The position numbers were made by a program, and so were the translations under genes. A stretch of DNA of 64,000 nucleotides from Podarcis liolepis (lineage: Eukaryota): assembly GCA_965112155.1 (NCBI GenBank), contig OZ218101.1. One strand, written 5' to 3'. The notes under the pieces are model-generated. The model was not told where the DNA came from. It saw nothing but the letters and a program-made list of their open reading frames with translations, and did no database searches. Positions 51,801 to 64,000 of this stretch are shown here, piece by piece; the first letter of the stretch is position 1, and each line of letters begins with the position of its first letter.

Positions 51801-54800
51801 CACTAGCTTCTTAGCTGCATGCTTTGTATTTAAATTTTCCCTTCTGACCAAGTAAATCCCTTTGGATGAAGTGACAGCGGCTTTTCAGCACCCATAGCTG
51901 GGTGACAGCTGGTGTTCAGGCTCTGAAAAGGCAGCAGAGTGTTCCTTGCTAGCTTTCTTCAGGACCAATGTCAACCACCAGCTGAGCGATTTGTTAGTCC
52001 CTCCTTTGGGCATCAGTCAGCTGAAGAGGCTTGCATTATATACCGAAGTAATACAATAGCTATCAATATAAACAATATCTGTGCTCCCGGCTTTCAGCCG
52101 CGCTTTTAATTAGCTACTGAATTATGTGAACCTAGTACATTTTCATTAAAGCCAGTGTAACCCTTTATTAGCACTCTGAGAAGGGCAGCCAGTTATATTC
52201 TGGATTCAGGCAGAGTTGGTTTGAAACTTTGGCTTGAAAGGAATCAGCACCAGGAGGTGTGTGTTTTTTTAAGAGAGCGAGAGTGCATGCAACCCTTAAA
52301 ATAGGATGCTTAGAGATCACAGGAAAAGATTATCTTTTCCCTTCTCCTTATATAAAGTTTTTCTCTTGAAAAACTGATATCTGCTGCTCTTTCAGTCTAG
52401 ATTTGCACTCCTTCTTCCTCTCCAGGATTCTTGGCAAATATTGTAATAGGGGAGAATTACTACAAGGGCAGAAGTCGATCTTGCAATGGATGTGGGTTGC
52501 TAAAGGTAAAACCATCCCAAAATGGAAATTGTTTTAGAACTGGGCTATTGGTTACCTATATGTGTTGATGTTTTCAACAGTGAATTTCGAATGGCATTGT
52601 GCAAAAGTAACATGGGTCGTAGGGGGAAGATACCTTTCTATATGATCCGTACTGAAGACAGTGCTTGATCCAAAACAAATCTATTTTAAAAATATAATAT
52701 TACACATTTCAAATGTACGACTTATTAATTATGTTTCATTCCTAGAACTGTGGCATTGTGGGAATTGATGCTCTAGGGAAGTCTTGTAAATGCTTGCCTG
52801 AACCAGGCAAAAGATGTATGAAAATAATTTTATCAAACAACACTGATTCTTCTCTTTGATAGAAATTGAACACACACACATACACATTCATATTTACATA
52901 ACATGCCCAGATTTATCCCATTGATCCTTTGGAAAATAAAAGTCTCATTGCAATATATACTTAACTTAACTCCACTCCTTCTTTACCCTTTGTAAAGCAG
53001 TCCATTGTGTAATATAACATTTGTATGCTTAAAAAAAAGTATTACGTTGTTTTTTTACCATGCTCAGAGCTGCTTTTGAGAGAGAGGCAGAGAGATGGGT
53101 AACTATGGTTTCTACTACTCATCACAGAATTTCAGAAGACATTGGAATATTGCAAATCAAAGATTTGAAATTAAATACTTTCCACTCAGATCATAAATAT
53201 AGGAGCTGAAAGTAAGTCCCAATGAAATTAATGTTACTTTCAAAACAACACATTTGAGGAGGGGGTTTCTCTAGCTTGCAGCCTGCCAAAAGTTTGTGAT
53301 GCATATGCACTGAAGAGAGGAATACACACACACACACACACAAACACACCAAAAGGTATTTATCCATTTATAAACTGTACAGGATCCATCTAAATGCTGT
53401 GCTATTAAAACGATTTCACAAAAGATGGCTACACACACGAGCTTGGTAGATGGCCTTAGACTGCAATCCCGCACTCACTAAGACCCATTGAACTCACTGG
53501 GATTTAGCTCTGAGTAAAAATGTATAGGGCTGTGTTTTCTTAGGGAAGTCTCATTCTCAGTAGTAGCCTCTTCCCCACCCAAGCTGCAAAACAGGGATAA
53601 AAATGCTAGACTACCTTACAAGGCTGCTGTAAACATTACTGAGATAACATAAAGCCATGTTAATGCTGAGATGTGCAATAAAATGTATTATTGCCGTTAA
53701 CCCTTCTACAACTAATATCACAGTCTTACAAGCAACGCTGCTCTAAAGTTTGGGTTTGAATTGGCAAATTGCATAAATTGACTCTATCTCACTGCAACTT
53801 GCTTACATTCGATCAGCACAAGGCTAATAGCATTTAATGAAATACTAGTTTATAAATAAAATTTGCACTCTTCACGAACCGTCTCAGCCAAACGGCGCAT
53901 TTGCTCTTAAGAGTTGTTTCCAAAAGTCGAAGCCTGGTCTAATTTAAGATCTTGCGTATTTCTTTCTTACATTGGGATTTTACAAACTTTCTCCTGAGCA
54001 TGTATTCCTCACCCCACCCACCCACCCAACCAACCAACCAACCACCCACCACCCCTCCCCTTTACCTTTGCAGTGCCTGAAAGCAAGCACAACCATGCCA
54101 GGCCTTTATGTGGAAACATAATGCAGAAACTCTGTATCTGTAATCCCTGCATACACATTTGTGAGGAGGCGGTGGCTGGGTGGGGGGAATCGACAGAGAG
54201 TACACCCACTCAGTTAGTATTTGGGCGGCAGGAGGCGGGTAGTGGCAGCAGCTCTGTTTCCACATTATAAATGCAAACATTTCTCCCACATTTTCTTCCC
54301 ATATATGTCTGATGAAGAGCATGAACCATTCTCGCCACTGACCATTGAATCCTTGGTAGTACGCAGTGGACATGTCATCACGGCTAAGAATAAAGAAACT
54401 GTGCGAATATAATGCAGTTCATATGTGTTGCATGCAAATAAATGTGTTGCATGGGCGTTTTGTCACTGGTTTTAATAAGGCGTATTCCCACTTTCTCTTT
54501 CTCTCTAAATAAGAGAGAAGCCTGTGTAAATATGAATTATACATTTTTGTAACCAGATCCCTGCACTTGAGAAATTTATCTTTTATTCAGTTCAGTTTGA
54601 AACCTCACTCTCGTGCTGTTTGTGGTAGTGTAGCTTTCTGCGCAACTTGCATAGATCCCTGCACCCAAGAGACTTTTTAAAAAAAAATCAAAAAGGGATT
54701 AAAAAAAAATAGGGCATACCTGTATGTTTGGTGTCTGTTTACATTTTCTGTAATGTAGTCATTAAGCACACAACATAGACTTAAAGGATGTCAAAACTGA

Positions 54801-57800
54801 CAACCACACTATGATTGATGATGCTGTGCTAGACTAATTCTTACCAGGTGTGGTGTGATGTGAATTCAAATGTAGCTCAGAGAGCTTATTTGTATTAGTA
54901 AAGTTATGCTTTGTCAAAGTTCTATGACTTCTTAACCTATCAAATCCATCTTTTTATCCAGAGTGCCCCCCCCACACTCTGCCAGCCTTTAGATCTGTGA
55001 ACAATGCCCCCCCCCCAATGCCTTCCAATCTCAGTAATCACGCTGCTCTGTGTGTGGTGATTTGTTAAAGATCTATTGGTCCAAGTCTGCAAGCTGCAAA
55101 ATGCAGAAACTGAAGACCTTGTTAAATACCTGTTTCACACGCAGGCGTTTTCACCACAAAACCTTCTCTAGCAATCTCCCTTGGGGTTCATATGTAGAGA
55201 TTTCCACGGAAGTGGAAATACTTGTGCACTTTTGCACTAATGTGCAAAAAAAAGTATTTTAAAAAATGCTACAAAATACTGTCCTTTTGTGTATACATGA
55301 GACAGAATGCATGTGGAGAGAATCCAGTTGAATATGACCATATGAATATGACCAGGTCCTCAGAATTTACAAGTAGATAGACACTGTTGTTGAGAAATCT
55401 GTATGCACTGAGATGAGTACACAGGCTGCCTCATTCATTTAAATCTGTGAACTAGATCCATGCACATATTCTTTTGAACAGGGATGGGGAATCTTTGGGC
55501 TGCCAGATGTTGTTGAACTCCAGTGCCCATCACTCCCAGGCATCATAGTCAATGGCCATGGGTGAAGGGCATCAGAGGTGAAAGAATTACACATCTGGAG
55601 GGCCCATAGGTTCCCGATCCCTGTTTCTGAGCATGTAGGCCTGGCTCTTCTGTTTCAATGAACAGGAAACCTTTACACAAAGGAGAAATCTGTGAAAAGT
55701 AAATTACCACACAGGATCAGGGTGAAGCGAGTTTCAATACAGAACAAAAGAGAGCCCAATATGCAAAGCTACCTCCTTCCTAGATAACCAGTCTCAGAGT
55801 TACTGTGGGTTTTCGTTAGCAGGAGTCAGGATCCTCTCCATCAGGCAATGGAAACAAGGACTCCAAACCTCAACAGGAAGGACACCAGCAGAGTAGTTAT
55901 CAGATGAACCTGCTGGAACAATACCCTCCCTGTGGCCCAAGAATAAGGCATTGCTATCCTCTGGCTGAGAAGACTTAGCTGTAGAAGACCCAGGAGGACC
56001 TGAAGCTCCTCCCACTCCACAGCAATAGGTCAACTTTGGTAATATTTGGTGCCCTAAGTGAGGTCAAAATTTGGCTCCCCAAAATATATCTTCTCAATTA
56101 TGGATCTGCCCAAGGTTGACCTACCTCACCTTGTGTCCAGCCTGAAGCATTTTGGTTTGAACGAGGTCCTTTCAGTACCTTTAGTTGAAAGAGGTAGGAG
56201 ATGTAGGGAAAATTATCCGCTTGAAAACCAGTTCAAGGTCGATGTCAGAACCATATTAGGTAGCACTGACTTGGTTAAGGAAGCTTCATTTAACCCTATT
56301 TCATTGGATTTCATTTACCTTACACAACCAAATTTGATGGACTTCACAACAGACAATGCATTACCCCACATGTCCACCTAAATGTTACCACCTACATTAG
56401 TCTCCATTCTCCCAATTTCCTCTCGCTGTGTTGTCATCCAGCAGGCAAATCTGATTGGCTAGACATGCTGTGACAATACCACCTTTCACTAAATGATTTG
56501 TGATTGGCTGGGAACGCCCATGTGATTAAGCCTCAAAGAGCAAAGAAGCAACATCCACAAAGATAGAGTTGTGCTGCAGTTGCAGCAACTAGCAGAAACA
56601 ATGGGCCCCAGCAGAATTGCCTCCCCTCTTACCCGCATTCTAAGGACCAATACGCTCACACACAAAATTTCAGGAAATAGTTTTACTCCTCAGAAATTGA
56701 TATTTAGCCATGTAAAAATTTGCACTGGTGAATCTTTGATGCACCTGCAGTCACTGTGTGTTGTTTGGCATCACTGATAATCGACTCAGCATCTTATATA
56801 TTGCAGTATTTGGCACCTGAACTTTAGGCATCTGTTTTGATTGAATCAAGGGCCACAAACCCTCACTATTTATAAGGGATCTGTGATCGATTAGGAGGAA
56901 GAGAGAGAAAAACTGCTTACCCAAATCTGTATTTTTAAATGAGCTCCAGCAATGCTTAAGATGAGTTGTAACTTGTAATATGTGTTTATCTCAAATCCAT
57001 GGCAACAGCAGTGCTTATATCATTCCTACGTGCTTATTAAAAGTGGCATATGTTTTCCCTGTGCCAGGAAGGGAAGGGGAAGTAAAAGAGGAAAGCACAA
57101 GCTTCCCTTTAACTAATATTGAAAATAAAGGAAAAAGATCACAGGACCCAGAGGGTCAGAAGTTGAAAACTGACTTGTTTGCAAGAGTGGCAGGGATAAG
57201 TAAAGTCACCAGATCAAAGTTTCAGAAATAAGGAACATGTCAAAACATTGTGTGGCAAAATAAGGTGCCTCCATTATGTTCAATGGGACTTTGATTTCAT
57301 TTTTTATTATTTTAGGTCTCTTCCAGTGAGGAACATCTGACATGCTTGGGAGTAAGATGGATATGTGTTGGCTTTGCATTTCAATATTCTGCCATGTGAT
57401 AGTTTTCTTGGTCCATATGTTCCAATGATCCCTATTTGCTTCAGGATTCTTTGTTTTCCCTGTTAGTCAGTCTTCTTCTTTTTTGTTCTTTCCTACCACC
57501 ACCCCATCCTCACTACCTCCACCTGTATATCAATCGTTCTATGTTGCAACATCCTGTCAGTTGTAGACCAAATGCAGAAAGTCCAAGGTTCAGCTTCTGT
57601 AAAGGATCAGGCTTGTAAACAATCAGGAGGCTTGTGCTAGAATAACAGAGTTGGAAGGGACTTCAAAAATCTTCTAGCCCAACCCCCTACCTACTACAGC
57701 ATCCTAGATAGGTGACCATCTAGCCTTTGCTTAAGAACCTCTAACAAAGGAAAATCCACTACTTTCCTATGGTGCAAAAAAACCCAAACCCACTGCTTGA

Positions 57801-58012
57801 GACCCAGGATAACTGATGCAACTTAGAGCAGAACATTCTTACCTGAATGAACAGAGAGTCCATCCATTTACAAGGCAGCTACACTTTCCCTTCCTTCTGT
57901 TTGTGCTTGAATATATGCTTTTGTGACGTCCTGCTGACATTTTATAAGCGTGAATTCCTGGGCTGATGGTTTTTGCAGAGCTTATCCCTTTCCCTCCTCT
58001 GTGTCTCTAGGT

Positions 58013-58275
58013 TAGGGTTTCTGGCTTGGGTCTCTGGCTGTTTTTGGACTACAACTCCCATCATCCCTAGCTAGCAGGAGCAGTGGTCAGGGATGGTGGG
58101 AACTGTAGTCCAAAAACAGCTTTGGGAAACCCTGGTCTAGACCAAGATAGAGGAACCTTTGGCCTTCCATATGTTGTTAAACTTGCCAATCAGCCTCGGC
58201 AAGCATGACCAATGGCTGAGGATGATGGGGGTTGAGGTTCAGCAACATCTGGAGGGCCAAAGAGTTCCCAAAGTG
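58013..58275. mobile_element. Two adjacent palindromic hAT MITEs
   Basis: AGGGTTTC...GGACTACAACTCCCATCATCCCT / AGGGATGGTGGGAACTGTAGTCC...GAAACCCTG, then GGAACCTTTGGCCTTCCA...TGGAGGGCCAAAGAGTTCC. Confidence 0.7.
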
Positions 58276-58591
58276 CTCTGGATGGTAGGCCTACCATCTT
58301 GTAAATAGTTTGAAAACTATTCACACTTCACTGTGCCTTTCTTTGTTGATTGGCTGGAGAGTTCTCTATTTTATTTTATTTTTTACTAAAACAATATACA
58401 CTTGGCCAGAAGTAAGTAGGCTGAGTAGGCTGCTTCTGAGTAGGCATGCCTAGCGGTGTACTGTACATCTCTGAAAGAGATGCATATTGACTGTACTGCA
58501 AAAGCATGACTACTAAGACACCACCATACAGCCTGACATTTTGTGTGCTTCACATGGTGAAGCCTGGTGGACCTTTGATAACACATTACAG

Positions 58592-58841
58592 CAGGGGTAG
58601 GCAACCTAAGGCCCATGGGCTGGATGCGGCCCAATTGCCTTCTCAATCCGGCCTGCGGACGGTCCGGGAATCAGCGTGTTTTTACATGAGTAGAATGTGT
58701 CCTTTCATTTAAAATGCATCTCTGGGTTATTTGTGGGGCATAAGAATTTGTTAATTTCCCCCAAAAAAATATAGTCCGGCCCCCCACATGGGCTGAGGGA
58801 CGGTGGACTGGCTCGCAGCTGAAAAAGGTTGCTGATCCCTG
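58592..58841. mobile_element. hAT-Charlie-type MITE
   Basis: TIRs CAGGGGTAGGCAACC / GGTTGCTGATCCCTG; 8-bp TSD CATTACAG/CATTAAAG. Confidence 0.85.
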
Positions 58842-59778
58842 CATTAAAGGATATCCCATATATATTTAACTAAAATTTAAATATGCTTGTTGTGCTTTTG
58901 AAGCAACGGGCTATTCCTGAGAAAATGAAGACTGCTGCCTAGAATCAGGGCAAGAACCATCAGCAATGGGCTAGAGCTGAATAAGCTCAAGCAGTAACTT
59001 CTTAGAAAGGTAATATGGATGTTACATATTCATGCATTCCTGTTTTCACCTATGAAATGTTGGCGGGCGTGGAGGTTTGTGTATGTGTAGCATGATGCTT
59101 CAAACATATCAATGTAATTAGCAGATCCTTACATGCCATGATTTCACAGAAGAATTGATTTGGAAGATTTGCAATTGCCATTACGAGTCCAAACTTCACT
59201 AATTTCAGGGGAGTGATGGGCCTGCTTAATCAGTGAAGGATGAGAACTAACCAAATGTATTCTAATTCTACAGGGACAATTTCAGGATCATTTGAGAAGA
59301 ATTATCTAGCCGTCTATTCACCCATCTGTCCAACCATCCATCCATTGATATAAGCACACACATATTTGAACACTTATTGCATTATCACTTTTCTTGTGAA
59401 GATTTGCGTACTTCTTAAAGTTCAGTAGCATATGCAGACGTGTGTGATAAAGAAAATTCCACATCAGGAGAGTTAGGTACTAGAAAAATGGACCTCTACT
59501 CACAATTGAGCAAAATGTGTGCAAGGAGTCACTAACCCGCTGACTCCTTGGTAATGGCAGATTAAACAGATTAGGGCTCCAACACTGTTTATGCACCCCT
59601 AGTTCTGTAAGATTCCAGTGAAGAACCACATATTTAAAATCCTATAACATACATAATCATGGAAAAAGCTAAGCTAGTTTTCATTTCCCTAATCATGGTG
59701 ACATTTTATAATCAGGGAATTTCTGACACGGCAGAAGACTTCCACTTGAATCTTCTATAGCAGAGGGTTGGACTAGAT

Positions 59779-60097
59779 CACGGGTGTCAAACACAAGGCC
59801 CGCGGGCCGAATCCGGCCCGCCAGACCTCGTCATGTGGCCCGTGTAGCCACCGCCGGCCGCCAGCCTTCACCTTTTATTCTCGCTTTTTTTTTTTTGACA
59901 CAAGAAAGCCACCTCTTCAGCGCATGCGCGGCAGCCTAAAAGCCAGAGAACGTCTGCCCTCTAGCAGCGCCGGCCGTTCTACACAGGAAACCTCCACTTT
60001 ACATGCATTCATGTAAAGTCCTACAGATACAACCGGCCCTTTGAGGGTGACCAAACTGCTGATGCGGCCCCCGATAAATTTGAGCTTGACACCCCTG
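59779..60097. mobile_element. hAT-Charlie-type MITE inserted into a CR1-type tail
   Basis: TIRs CACGGGTGTCAAAC / GCTTGACACCCCTG; perfect 8-bp TSD GACTAGAT; flanks join to GGGTTGGACTAGATGA...CTCTACGATTCTATGATT (CR1-type 3' end). Confidence 0.9.
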
Positions 60098-61329
60098 GAC
60101 TAGATGATATTTGTTCTCCCTTCAAACTCTACGATTCTATGATTGTATGCATTCTGGTTTTGTTCAGATCAGGGGCACTTACTGCAGATGCCGTCTGTAA
60201 AAGCAGATGTGGCTGCACGTCTCTTGCATCCCAGCCTTTGCCATAGCTGTCCCAGATAAACTACAAAAGGTCACAAGTAAAATGAGTTCAGGCAGCGCTG
60301 TTTTCATTATAAGCGGAGGACTGACTCAGTTGATGTTGGCATAACTTTAGAAAACTTTTAATGCTTCTGGGATACCCAATTCCCAGCAAGATGCTTGCAA
60401 CGTTTTTGGGTCCATAAATCTCGACCACAAGAAATGAAGATTGAAATAAAAACGGTGCTTAGTATGCAATGGGCATATGCCTTTCTATACACAGTACATG
60501 TGGCAATGTAATTTGACGTCCTCCGTTCCTTCTTTGTGCGCATTCTTATTCCTATGTTGGAGTGCTGAAGAACTCTAGTAGCTGACCCAGGGTCATAACC
60601 TCGCAGCTTTGCTGGAAAGGTAGCATAAACTTACTTCTTTCCTAGTGGGTCAGGTAATTGATCCCCAGCTGAACGAGGTTGTGTCCTGGGCCAAGCAGAA
60701 CAACACATGACCACAGCAATATTGCCTCCAGATAAGCCAGGAAGCAAAATAACAGCCTTGAGAAGTCAAGGGGGGAAAGGGGGTGTGTGCTCTGTGTGAA
60801 AATGAATGAAGCAAATGAGGCCGTGGCCATTAAGATCTCTGTAAGTTTGACTTAGTGCCTGAGCTGACTTTATTTATTTATTTGTCCTACTCCCTCCCAG
60901 CTCCTTTTCATTTTGTGTTGTGTCTCCGAGACTGAACAGCATTAATGCATTATTCCACCACACTCTGTGCATTCTACTCAAGGCATCCCTGGCTTACCTT
61001 GCTGGCAAAAAGTTAAGAATTAATTAAGAAACTTGGGTGGAACTAAGCAGCTAGAAAGCTCATAATTAAATTTAAGAAATTCATACAGGAAAGACCTTAG
61101 ATGTAACCTAACTAACAGCTCAGGTGTGGTAAAGTTGTCTTAGGATCTAATCTAGTACACACACGGGAGTAAACCTCATTCAAGTCTATGGGGCTTACTT
61201 CCGAGCAGACATTATAACATTGCACTGTTAGTTCACACATTCATTAACTGTGAAGCTTTTGCACCAAGTTATGGTGGGGCTGACCTGTTCTTATTTTGAT
61301 TCAGTAACTGTGGAATTTAGTTCTGAGTA

Positions 61330-61569
61330 CAGTGGTACCTCAGGTTAAGTACTTAATTCGTTCCGGAGGTCCGTACTTAACCTGAAACTGTTCTTAACCT
61401 GAAGCACCACTTTAGCTAATGGGGCCTCCTGCTGCTGCCACGCCGCCAGAGCACAATTTGTTTTTATCCTGAAGCAAAGTTCTTAACCCAAGGTAATATT
61501 TCTGGGTTAGCGGAGTCTGTAACCTGAAGCGTATGTAACCTGAAGCATATGTAACCCGAGGTACCACTG
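61330..61569 (-). mobile_element. Tc1/mariner (Tigger-type) MITE, family A copy 4
   Basis: TIRs plus TA TSD. Confidence 0.9.
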
Positions 61570-61871
61570 TACTATACATCGGGTTGTGCTGTTGGTTTAG
61601 TTCTCAGGCAATATGATTTAATAGATAATAACGGTGTCTAGGAAAGCAACATGAAGATCAAAGTGTCCATAGCAAAAGTAAAGTCAGAAGAGGAGTTTTT
61701 AAAGTTTGGAGAGAGAGAGAGAGAGAAGCCTTTAAGTGTCCTCTAAATGATTGGCAAGAACTGTCTGAATTATATTTGCATTGTACATTGAGTGATGGCA
61801 GTTTACCATTCCTAGATTCAATTCCCTGGCAAGTATTGAACTTATACTTGTTCAATAGACTTGACCTTGTA

Positions 61872-62122
61872 CAGTCATACCTTGGAAGTTGAACGGAATC
61901 CATTCTGGAAGGCAAATTTGACTTCCAAAACGTTCAGAAACCAAAGTGCAGCTTCTGCTTGGCTGCAGGAAGCTCCTGAAGCCAATCAGAAGCCTCGGAA
62001 GCCCTGTCAGACATTTGGCTTCCAAAAATAGTTCGCAAATCAGAACAGTCACTTCCGGGTTTGCAATTTTCGGGAGCCAAAATGTTCAAGAACTAAGCTG
62101 TTCGAAAACCAAGGTACCATTG
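61872..62122. mobile_element. Tc1/mariner-type MITE, family D
   Basis: TA|CAGTCATACCTTGG ... CCAAGGTACCATTG|TA. Confidence 0.75.
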
Positions 62123-62560
62123 TATATCTTAGTGAACAGAATAATCTTTTCTGGAGACTCAATTGAATGAGGGAGCATAGAAGCTGTAATATTACAGGAG
62201 CCTTAATATTAGCCATCTTAATGATGGCATTAGCCTCACCAGGGCAGAGGAAATAAATAATATGGGCACTTCATTCATAGTGTAATATTTTTAGCGTACC
62301 GGGGGTAGTGGTGCTTACTACTTTTACTGATATTCCTTTTAGAATATATAGGTACCAGCCCAACAACCAAAATGCCCAGTGTCCTTCAGTTTAGTGAACA
62401 GGCCCCTTTTCAATGTCACACTGTTTTAACTATGTATAAGCTAAATGAACGTATTTCAACTAATGAATTCATGAACCCAATGGTTCCTACACTCAAGTTT
62501 AGCAGTCCCAGCCCTGCTCTGCAGTCATATCTCTCACTTCCAACACTCTTGCACCATAAA

Positions 62561-62801
62561 GAAGAAGAAGAGTTTGGATTTGATATCCCGCTTTATCACT
62601 ACCCGAAGGAGTCTCAAAGCGCTAACATTCTCCTTTCCCTTCCTTCCCCACAACAAACACTCTGTGAGGTGAGTGGGACTGAGAGACTTCAGAGAAGTGT
62701 GACTAGCCCAAGGTCACCCAGCAGCTGCATGTGGAGGAGCAGGGAATCGAACCCGGTTCACCAGATTACAAGTCCACTGCTCTTAACCACTAAGCCACAC
62801 T
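62561..62801 (-). mobile_element. MIR/Ther1-derived SINE (Squam3-type)
   Basis: Near-identical to 21274-21520; (GAA)n tail. Confidence 0.85.
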
Positions 62802-64000
62802 AAGACTGTGCATACATCATGACGGCTACCCTATATAAATGAGCATGGCGCTGCTCAGCCCCCAGTGTGGTGGCAATGATCACACTGCCCTAATTCTGCC
62901 TCTGTATGTGCCTTTCATTAATAAAAATGGATGGAAACTGCCCTCAAACACAGAAGCTGTAGTGCACTTTCAGTCTGTCGCTGTTTTGAGGGTGGGACTC
63001 AATCGCATGCAGGCAGATTCAGGTTGCGTCATTAGAGAGGACTCAGCCCTCTTGTGCAATAAACCCGCACCCTCCCCAGAAATCAGACCTTTGGCAGTAA
63101 GGAAGGTTATGGGAAAATACAGAATGGAAAGTGAGAGGGCACCGAATTCTGTCTTTGCACAGGGCCCCACTGAAATTTGAAAGACCAAAGTTCTCCCCTG
63201 GGCACATGTGGAATACAGCTTCATTTGTGGGGTGAAAATTAGAGCCTACATATAATGATCACTACAGTCACCATGGTCAACATGAATTGAATTCTGGAGA
63301 TCATAACGCAGGATCCAGAAAAGTAGCAATGATTTGCTTAATTTTTTTCTCTTTGTCATGCTAAGCAACTAATCCACATGCCTAGACCAGCCTCTGCCGC
63401 TGCGTCAATAAGTCGGCTGTGGCCCAGCATGCCCCTAATTGATTGACAGACACCAATGCCATTTTCTAAAACACACTCTGCAAATGGCCCCTGTGTTGAT
63501 ACTTCTCATTTTGTGTGGCGTCCCACAGTGCTCCAGCCAGCCCACCTTCCATAACACCTTGATTCCCTCCCCACAACCCCTTCTTCATCCCTCCACCTAT
63601 TTCCTCTTTCAATAACAGTTAAAAAGCAGTTGCCTTCTTAGTTGGAAAAGGTGTGCAACTTTTGTGCCCTTTGGTAAACTCACCCACTTCTCAACAGGTA
63701 GCACTAGTGGCCCATTGAATTACTCATCGTGCAGCTAATCTGGAGGTTTTATGTATTTTTTAGATTGTAAAAAGCACCAGATGGTGCCAGACATTTATTG
63801 TATATATATTTTTCAAAGACATCTAATTTTAGGGGTGCGACCTATATTTGGGAACCACTTATATTCGAACCAATATGGTGTAATTTTGAGTTTTCGAAAT
63901 GCTGTTGATCACTGCTATTCTTCTTGCTGACTCTTTTATTTCTGCTGATGTGCTTTTGATGTGTATTTTGATGTGTACGCGGTTTTTGACACTGTATATT

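Overview
Eukaryotic, AT-rich, repeat-rich genomic DNA from a squamate reptile, probably a lacertid lizard (inferred from Sauria SINE, MIR-derived Squam3-type SINE, Bov-B, CR1, L1, L2 and RTE copies; family names are assigned from recalled consensus sequences, not a database search). No host protein-coding exon could be identified with confidence, so the window looks intronic or intergenic. The recognisable ORFs are retrotransposon fragments; the rest appear to be chance or microsatellite ORFs. It holds many SINEs, truncated LINEs, Tc1/mariner(pogo/Tigger)-type and hAT-type MITEs with TIRs/TSDs, probable solo LTRs, microsatellites, a 204-N assembly gap and TE-poor blocks that may be conserved non-coding elements. 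The most striking structure is a ~640-bp nested palindrome at 28808-29446: four alternating-orientation copies of a Penelope-like terminal repeat embedded in (AT)n tracts, each carrying a minimal type I hammerhead ribozyme motif (two intact, one with two substitutions, one broken). Secondary highlights are a decayed hammerhead of a second Penelope-like family, a possible HDV-like ribozyme relic in an RTE 5' UTR, a 5'-inverted Bov-B with a 14-bp TSD, and a MITE present twice that has captured an L2 tail.
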